NCBI RefSeq assembly: GCF_000010625.1 | Contig: NC_010296.1 | Location: 5,580,001 to 5,612,000 of the forward strand | DNA: 32,000 nt | Source of the DNA: Microcystis aeruginosa NIES-843 | GTDB lineage: Bacteria; Cyanobacteriota; Cyanobacteriia; Cyanobacteriales; Microcystaceae | Direction of reading: 5' to 3' | In this document: positions 26,322 to 32,000 of the stretch, one piece after another | How positions within the stretch are numbered: position 1 is the stretch's first letter | Layout: each line of letters starts with the position of its first letter | Notes under the pieces: model-generated | Database searches by the model: none | What the model was told of the DNA's origin: nothing | The model's input: only the letters and a program-made list of their open reading frames with translations | Translations under genes and position numbers: made by a program

Positions 26322-27412
26322 GGCCAATTCAAGTCTGAATTGCATCACTGTCTGATCTACCTTTATAGAATACCTCATTCGGGGTACGATAGTCAAGACA
26401 TTTTCGAGGACGATTGTTAATCAAGTTTACGGCTCTTTCCACCTCCTCTGGCTTAACGATTTTAAAATTCGTTCCCTTGGGGAAAAATTGTCTTAACAGT
26501 CCCTTGGTATGCTCGTTTAATCCCCTCTCCCACGAATGATAAGGAGTAGCAAAATAAAAATCTGCTCCTAGTTTCTGACTCAACTCTTGATGTCCACAAA
26601 ATTCTTTGCCGTTGTCACAAGTAAAGGTTTTTCTTTTGTCAGGGTGAATCTCTTGAAAAAGTTTTTCTGTGACTCTATTGATTTCCGATGCGGTTTTGTT
26701 TTTGGCTAATCCTGCTCCTAAAAATTTCGAGGCTTTATCTACATGAGTAACGAGAACTCCTAGATGATTGCCTCCAATCATTGTGTCACTTTCCCAATGA
26801 CCGATTTCAGTTTTCTGGTCAGCAATTACTGGTCGCTCGCTGATATCTACACGCCCTGGAATCCCTCCACGCTTACTTTTTGCTCCGCCTCGACTCTTTC
26901 TTTGACAAAGCCCCCGGCGTAAATATTTCTGGTACTCTCCACATCCGTGATAGTTCTGATAGATCATTTGATAGATGGTTTCGTGACTGAGAGATTCTTG
27001 ACTGGCTCTTTTCAGACGACCTGCTATTTGTTCGGGACTATGATAATCTTTCAATCCTTCTTTGACCAACTCTAAGGCTGACTCGCTGACATTTTTAAAG
27101 GGTTGTTTGGCATTTTTTCGCCTTGTCTCGCTTTGAGCTTGTGCTGTGTCAGGTAGATAGCAGCCAAGGGAACTTTGATTCCTTTTTAATTCCCGTGATA
27201 TTGTGCTTTGATGACATCCGAGCCAGACGGCCATTTGCCGTTGAGATAAATTTCCCTCCTGACTAAGTTGGTAGAGCAAGTTTCTTTGTTCTATGTTAAG
27301 ATGTTGGTGGCTCATTTTGGGTCTGATTTGTTTTTGTTAATGATCAGACAGTACCTGATGAGCCTTTCTTTGTCAACTCTTGAGGTTGATGCGTTTCATT
27401 TTTGAATTGGCG
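26322..27412 (-). mobile_element. Complete IS30-family insertion sequence (1091 bp)
   Basis: The inverted repeats are GGCCAATTCAA (26322-) and TTGAATTGGCG (-27412). The 3-bp TSD GTA occurs at 26319-26321 and 27413-27415, within the sequence GCGATAGTATAATTATAGG that is intact in the paralogs. Confidence 0.85.
26329..27315 (-). CDS. IS30 family transposase
   Basis: The 328-aa ORF has an N-terminal HTH region (LSQRQMAVWLGCHQSTISRELKRN) and DDE-region motifs HWESDTMIG, TCDNGKEF and YHSWERGLNEHTKGLLRQF. Confidence 0.9.
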   Translation of the reverse strand: MSHQHLNIEQRNLLYQLSQEGNLSQRQMAVWLGCHQSTISRELKRNQSSLGCYLPDTAQAQSETRRKNAKQPFKNVSESALELVKEGLKDYHSPEQIAGRLKRASQESLSHETIYQMIYQNYHGCGEYQKYLRRGLCQRKSRGGAKSKRGGIPGRVDISERPVIADQKTEIGHWESDTMIGGNHLGVLVTHVDKASKFLGAGLAKNKTASEINRVTEKLFQEIHPDKRKTFTCDNGKEFCGHQELSQKLGADFYFATPYHSWERGLNEHTKGLLRQFFPKGTNFKIVKPEEVERAVNLINNRPRKCLDYRTPNEVFYKGRSDSDAIQT

Positions 27413-27819
27413 GTATAATTATAGGAATCTGGTCGCCAATTTACTCGTTCATCTCCTAATATAGCGAGACTGATAACTGGTTTCTGATACAAATCAAAGG
27501 CCCGATAGTTATAAATATACATCCTCTGAGGAAAATTTTCTTCGTATTGACTTTGAATTTCAATATGAATCAAAATCCAGGCTTCTTCACCCCTGAGTAA
27601 CCAAACTTTATAGAGTTTGTCAGCGAAACGTTTTTTTGTCTTTGCTGAAGCGGTAATCCGTTTAAGTTCTTTTTCTAGGGATTCGGGAATTTTTGTCCAA
27701 TCAATTAGTTGGTGAACTTCAGGAAAAAAGAAGCATAAAAACGCTTCAAAATACTCGCTTAATGCTTCTTTCCAGGGTTCATCATAATTGGCGGTTGTTG
27801 GGTTCATTGGAGAAGAAAA

Positions 27820-28803
27820 TTACTGATAATATTGTTCTAAAAGTTGATGCAACTCATCAAAAGAATTAACGGTTAATGCCGATTTCAGTAACTCGTCTAA
27901 AATCGATAATACAGAAATTTTATCAACAGCTTGCTCAATTTCTATTGGAATGTCACCCAATCGCGTTTTCAGCACCGTTTTAACATAGTTACGAGCATTT
28001 TCTAACGCTCCAATTTCCTTACCTATTTCCTTACCTATTTCTTTACCGCGTTCCATTCCTCGTAACTCCATATTACTTACTAAAGGCATGGTTCTTTCCT
28101 CCTCAAATTGTTTGATTTTACTCTCTAAACTTGACTGCAATTCAGGGGATAAAGTCATCATATTGTCGATGATTTCAAACAGTTTAATTATCTGTTCTCT
28201 CTCGAACTCCTTTTCATATAATCCCCTGATTAACTTCCACTTCCACTGTTCCCGTTGTGGCAGCTTCCCAGTAGTCGCTTTTGTTTTCAGGTGTGCCATG
28301 ACGATTATAGCAAAGGGATTGCTACTTGCTTCTAGTTCTGACCAGCTTTCCTCATAGTCCAGTAATTTAACCGTTGGGAATTTGAGGCTGACTTCACAAC
28401 CAGCGATAGTATAATTATAGGAATCTGGTCGCCAATTTACTCGTTCATCTCCTAATATAGCGAGACTGATAACCGGTTTCTGATACAAATCAAAGGCCCG
28501 ATAGTTATAAATATACATCCTCTGAGGGAAATTTTCTTCGTATTGACTTTGAATTTCAATATGAATCAAAATCCAGACTTCTTCACCCCTGAGTAACCAG
28601 ACTTTATAGAGTTGGTCAGCGAAACGTTTTTTTGTCTTTGCTGAAGCGGTAATCCGTTTGAGTTCTTTTTCTAGGGATTCGGGAGTTTTTGTCCAATCAA
28701 TTAATTGGTGAACTTCAGGAAAAAAGAAGTATAAAAACGCTTCAAAATACTCGGTTAATGCTTCTTTCCAGGGTTCATCATAATTGGCGGTTGTTTGTTT
28801 CAT
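27820..28803 (-). CDS. Rpn family nuclease paralog, copy 1, tail haplotype A
   Basis: The 327-aa ORF starts MKQTTANYDEPWKEAL..., has three GKEI units and carries tail haplotype A. Only 12 nt (GGAGAAGAAAAT) separate its stop from the start of copy 2. Confidence 0.8.
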   Translation of the reverse strand: MKQTTANYDEPWKEALTEYFEAFLYFFFPEVHQLIDWTKTPESLEKELKRITASAKTKKRFADQLYKVWLLRGEEVWILIHIEIQSQYEENFPQRMYIYNYRAFDLYQKPVISLAILGDERVNWRPDSYNYTIAGCEVSLKFPTVKLLDYEESWSELEASSNPFAIIVMAHLKTKATTGKLPQREQWKWKLIRGLYEKEFEREQIIKLFEIIDNMMTLSPELQSSLESKIKQFEEERTMPLVSNMELRGMERGKEIGKEIGKEIGALENARNYVKTVLKTRLGDIPIEIEQAVDKISVLSILDELLKSALTVNSFDELHQLLEQYYQ

Positions 28804-28873
28804 TATGACAATTTTAGTGGGTTGTTGTCAGAAGGCGATCGCTAACATAAGAACTAAGCAGTTAAAGTATTTA

Positions 28874-29065
28874 GGGTTTGCTGAAAAAGTTTTTCCTGGG
28901 GGCAGGGTGTAGGGTTTTAGCGATTTTGAGGGGGTCAATTACTTAATTTTCAGGGAAAAAGTCCCGGAATTTTCCACCCGATCACTCCCAGATATGGCAC
29001 TTTTTGGTTTCCAAAAAGTCTAAAAGTTTTACCCAACAAGGTTTTTAGATTTATTCAGCAAGCCC
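28874..29065. mobile_element. 192-bp MITE of the GGGTYTGCTGAATAA-terminus family (copy B, inverted relative to copy A)
   Basis: The right terminus is TTATTCAGCAAGCCC and the left is degenerate (GGGTTTGCTGAAAAAG). The 6-bp TSD TATTTA occurs at 28868-28873 and 29066-29071. Its interior matches the reverse complement of 7687-7907. Confidence 0.75.
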
Positions 29066-29130
29066 TATTTAACCAATTGATTAAATCTTCAACCGTAGAG
29101 AAATCGAATAAAGCTTCTCTCTCACAAGTC

Positions 29131-29213
29131 CAGAAAACGGGTTTCTCGAAAAAAACCGTTTTCTAAATAGTTTCTCAAAGAAACCCGTTTTCTAAATAGA
29201 AACCCCTTTTCTC
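29131..29213. repeat. Palindromic repeat cluster related to 23205-23256
   Basis: The sequence is CAGAAAACGGGTTTCTCGAAAAAAACCGTTTTCTAAATAGTTTCTCAAAGAAACCCGTTTTCTAAATAGAAACCCCTTTTCTC. It overlaps the last 13 codons of the oxygenase ORF. Confidence 0.7.
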
Positions 29214-30647
29214 AGTTGAGATTGCTTCTGCGCCTTTTTCTGATTTTTCTTGCCAAGTACCGTGAAAACTGGGAGGGATAACACTGGGTAATTGCAGACA
29301 GCAAAGGGGGTCTTTTTCTAACTGCTGACTATCATAGATTCTCACTTGGCTGCTGTGATTATTGCCGTCGTAAACCACGACGATTAACCATCCCGTTTCT
29401 GGAGATAAACCATCGCAGACAAAAATCGGTTCACTTCCATAACAGTTATTTTCTAGATAAGCAATAGTTAACTTACCTGTGGAGTGATTATAACAAGCGG
29501 GAAGTCCGATAATTTCCCGACGAATATCGCTATCGGGACGATGGACAGCTAAAAAAGTATTTTGCCATTTTTGTCCCACCAGCTGCGGGGAAACCACGGG
29601 AAAATCACAGCTTAAATCCGAGAGAATTTCCTGATTAATCACCTTTGCTGATAGGGGATTAATAGTAATACTTGCTAATTTTCCGATGGCTAAGGTTTCG
29701 GTTTCACCCGTGGCAACTTCTTTTAAAAATTGATTAGTTTTAAAGTCGTCATAACGGACAAAAACAATTTCAAGATTGCCTTGGTCATTCACACAACCAT
29801 TAGCGAAGTGCCATTGAAACCATGAATCTGTAACACTTTCACTGACTAATTGCAGAGAATCTCGCTCAAAAATTAGTATTCTTGTTCCTAATTCTGGCTG
29901 CCACTGCATGGCATCACTAAAAGTTTTAAATCCCAACAGTATCGATAATTTATCCGCTTTTATTGGTGGGACGAAAAAGACGAGATACTGTCCTGCTAAA
30001 ACAAAGTCATGCAGCAGAGACAATCTATCTAACTCAAAAGTGTTTTTCTGGATAATTTGACCAGTGGAGTCAGACTTATAGAGATTTAAACTAACTTTGG
30101 CACTGATTGTCACCCCGAAATTAAAAATCTCTCCTCTGGACAAATCTAGCTTAGGATGAGCGGAAAAAGTTTCCTTTGCTTGTAAGCTAGATAAATTATC
30201 TAAGCCTAGGGTTTCTAAAGATTGTAAATCTAATTTATGGGGAAAACCCCCTTCCCAGAGAGCTAATAATTTATCGGGTAAAGCTAACACCGAGGTATTA
30301 GCGGCATTTTTTACCTCTTTTCCCCAATTATTCCAAAAGAAGCCGGGGGCATTCATGCCATAATTAGGAAATAAATATTGATTAGCGGCACTTTCTTGCT
30401 GATAACCGGCAGTCTGGACATAACGATAGGTGGCACTGACTCCCTTATCATGAAAATGTACAGCTAAAACTGCCCCATCTCCGTCAAACCAATGACCAAC
30501 TTTCTGCTTACCTCTTTCTAATCTCCCCGGACCATTGCGATAGAGACTACCCCGCAATCCGTCAGGAATTTTCCCCGATAATAAGGTTAATTGCGTTTCA
30601 GAAAATTCCACTGCTGGTTTTTCTAAAGATTTTGCCCAAGCTTTCAT
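29175..30647 (-). CDS. Carotenoid cleavage oxygenase (RPE65 / apocarotenoid oxygenase family)
   Basis: The 490-aa ORF has the motifs GSLYRNGPG, HWFDGDGA, FSAHPK, HDF, WFQWHFAN and a C-terminal PPSFHGTW, which mark the four-His iron site pattern of this family. The last ~20 residues run into the palindromic repeats and may be a non-native extension. Confidence 0.85.
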   Translation of the reverse strand: MKAWAKSLEKPAVEFSETQLTLLSGKIPDGLRGSLYRNGPGRLERGKQKVGHWFDGDGAVLAVHFHDKGVSATYRYVQTAGYQQESAANQYLFPNYGMNAPGFFWNNWGKEVKNAANTSVLALPDKLLALWEGGFPHKLDLQSLETLGLDNLSSLQAKETFSAHPKLDLSRGEIFNFGVTISAKVSLNLYKSDSTGQIIQKNTFELDRLSLLHDFVLAGQYLVFFVPPIKADKLSILLGFKTFSDAMQWQPELGTRILIFERDSLQLVSESVTDSWFQWHFANGCVNDQGNLEIVFVRYDDFKTNQFLKEVATGETETLAIGKLASITINPLSAKVINQEILSDLSCDFPVVSPQLVGQKWQNTFLAVHRPDSDIRREIIGLPACYNHSTGKLTIAYLENNCYGSEPIFVCDGLSPETGWLIVVVYDGNNHSSQVRIYDSQQLEKDPLCCLQLPSVIPPSFHGTWQEKSEKGAEAISTEKRGFYLENGFL

Positions 30648-30762
30648 AGATTTGTTTTTTACTGATTACATAGTTAAGTATAGCCCTAGGCTAGGTTCAA
30701 TGACGATAACTTAGGCAGTTTACCAGTTAATTAGTATTCACCACAACCGATCAATTATGTCA

Positions 30763-31455
30763 TTATAAAGTATCGGGATCAATTCCCAGATAACGGATAT
30801 ATTCAGCTAAACGTTCAGCTTTAAGACGCTCTTGTTCTAATTGTAAACTTGCTTGTTCAGCTTTAAGACGCTCTTGTTCTAACCTTTGAGATAATTCGAT
30901 AGAAGTCAAAAATTTCTGACCATCTAAACTATAAATTTCTAACTCATCTTCTCTCAATTCAAATCGGATATTTAACCGAGGACTAACCCATCCCTTAATC
31001 TCAGGTATAGAACTTAATAGTCCTTTCTGTCTCAACCATCCTTGAAAATTATGATAATCGGGATCATAGAGATAGTATTCTTCCACTCCATAACGTTGAT
31101 AAAAGAGGAGTTTTCGCTCCATTTCTTCTAAACTATTAGAAGGGGAGAGAATTTCAAAGACCACTTGAGGAGCGATGTTATCTTCTTGCCATTGTTTATA
31201 GGAACCCCTTCTTCCTTTCGGACGACCAAATACTACCATAACATCGGGAGCAACTGGTCCGGTAATTTTTTTATCTTGGACGGGATACCAGAGGAGATCT
31301 CCCGCAATAAAAACGTTAGGAGAATTAGCAAAGAGAATCTCAAGATTTTCTTTAATTTTCACGATCCATTCGTATTGTTCGGTATTATCGGCCATGGGTT
31401 TACCGTCACTATCGGGGTATTCAATATCTGGATCAATAGCTGGTGTAAAGGTCAT
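30763..31455 (-). CDS. Uma2 family (DUF820) PD-(D/E)XK endonuclease with a coiled-coil C-terminal extension
   Basis: The 230-aa ORF has YPDSDGKPMADNT, PDVMVVFGRPKGRRGSYKQWQEDNIAPQVVFEILSPSN (the D...E-x-L/K core) and EEYYLYDP, followed by the repeats LEQERLKAEQASLQLEQERLKAE. Confidence 0.85.
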   Translation of the reverse strand: MTFTPAIDPDIEYPDSDGKPMADNTEQYEWIVKIKENLEILFANSPNVFIAGDLLWYPVQDKKITGPVAPDVMVVFGRPKGRRGSYKQWQEDNIAPQVVFEILSPSNSLEEMERKLLFYQRYGVEEYYLYDPDYHNFQGWLRQKGLLSSIPEIKGWVSPRLNIRFELREDELEIYSLDGQKFLTSIELSQRLEQERLKAEQASLQLEQERLKAERLAEYIRYLGIDPDTL

Positions 31456-31476
31456 AATTTCTGCTCCTTTAAATAT

Positions 31477-32000
31477 TCATAAAGTCTCGGGATCAATTCC
31501 CAGAGAACGGATATATTCAGCTAAACGTTCAGCTTTAAGACGCTCCTGTTCTAATTGTAAACTTGCTTGTTCTAATTGTAAACTTGCTTGTTCAGCTTTA
31601 AGACGTTCTTGTTCCAATTGTAACCTTGCTTGTTCAGCTTTTTGGGATAACTCGATAGAACTTAAAAATTTCTGACCATCTAAACTATAAATTTCTAACT
31701 CATCTTCTCTCAATTCAAATCGGATATTTAACCGAGGACTAACCCATCCCTTAATCTCAGGTATAGAACTTAATAGTCCTTCCCGTCTCAACCATCCTTG
31801 AAAATTATGAGAATCCGGATCATAGAGATAGTATTCTTCCACTCCATAACGTTGATAAAAGAGTAGTTTTCGCTCCATTTCTTCTAAACTATTAGAAGGG
31901 GAGAGAATTTCAAAGACCACTTGAGGAGCGATGTTATCTTCTTGCCATTGTTTATAGGAACCCCTTCTTCCTTTCGGACGACCAAATACCACCATAACAT
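31477..32000 (-). CDS. Uma2 family endonuclease, tandem paralog, partial; the N-terminus lies outside the window
   Basis: It is nearly identical in DNA to 30763..31280 but has a longer coiled-coil repeat tract. The ORF-track start MVVFGRPKG corresponds to an internal position (about residue 73) of the neighbouring copy, so the gene continues past 32000. Confidence 0.85.
   Translation of the reverse strand, partial: VMVVFGRPKGRRGSYKQWQEDNIAPQVVFEILSPSNSLEEMERKLLFYQRYGVEEYYLYDPDSHNFQGWLRREGLLSSIPEIKGWVSPRLNIRFELREDELEIYSLDGQKFLSSIELSQKAEQARLQLEQERLKAEQASLQLEQASLQLEQERLKAERLAEYIRSLGIDPETL

Larger units (their letters stand above)
25745..27807 (-). pseudogene. Rpn family nuclease paralog, copy 2, tail haplotype B, disrupted by IS30
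   Basis: The N-terminal ORF 27373..27807 and the C-terminal ORF 25745..26332 join as ...DSYNYT-IAGCEVSLKF... Removing 26322-27412 plus one GTA gives 969 bp in frame. Confidence 0.85.

Noticed and set aside
23260-28357. Long plus-strand ORFs opposite the Rpn genes (23260..23658, 23655..24161, 24831..25205, 25719..26267, 28088..28357), several of them over 120 aa and repeated.
   Set aside because: These are antisense shadow ORFs. Their products are low-complexity (SNSLIICSLSNSFSYNPLINFHFH, PISLPRSIPRNS) with no recognisable motif. They recur only because the underlying DNA is repeated. The minus-strand frames carry the conserved nuclease motifs.
23205-29213. Regularly spaced repeats, which raised the possibility of a CRISPR array.
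   Set aside because: The periodicity is about 1 kb and corresponds to whole paralogous genes. The short 12-nt repeats are contiguous, with no spacers. There are no cas genes and no 25-40-bp repeat/spacer structure anywhere in the window.
31165-31675. Plus-strand ORFs 31165..31482 and 31394..31675 opposite the Uma2 genes.
   Set aside because: They are antisense shadows. The repetitive product (ACSNCKLACSNCKLACS) is the reverse reading of the coiled-coil repeat.

Overview
This looks like a cyanobacterial chromosome segment. I infer that from 13 HIP1 GCGATCGC palindromes, the gene content, and a very high IS/MITE load typical of Microcystis-like Chroococcales.

**Core genes.** These are cysK (partial), an N6-adenine DNA methyltransferase, an MBL-fold hydrolase, moeA, a glutaminase, a carotenoid cleavage oxygenase and two Uma2-family nucleases.

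**Mobile DNA.** By my hand-derived coordinates about 27% of the window is mobile. There are five complete IS elements from five families (ISL3, IS701-like, IS630, IS1634, IS30), each with identifiable inverted repeats and target-site duplications (TSDs). There are also at least nine MITE-type repeats from at least five families.

**Interrupted genes.** Four genes are cleanly interrupted. Each becomes a single in-frame ORF if the element plus one TSD copy is removed:
- a type II restriction endonuclease (ISL3)
- a 1039-aa TIGR03032-TPR-glycosyltransferase fusion (IS701-like plus a 122-bp MITE)
- a 1282-aa RTX/Calx-beta exoprotein (IS1634 plus an ISL3-derived MITE)
- one Rpn paralog (IS30)

**Most unusual locus.** At 23.25-28.8 kb there is a tandem array of Rpn/YhgA-like PD-(D/E)XK nuclease genes. 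Their nuclease modules are nearly identical in DNA. Their DUF4351-type C-terminal tails fall into three divergent haplotypes. The switch occurs at a variable in-frame 12-nt repeat tract. An orphan tail cassette sits behind the last gene, and the same palindromic repeat cluster brackets the whole array.

**Limits.** All family assignments come from motif recognition by eye. No searches were run.
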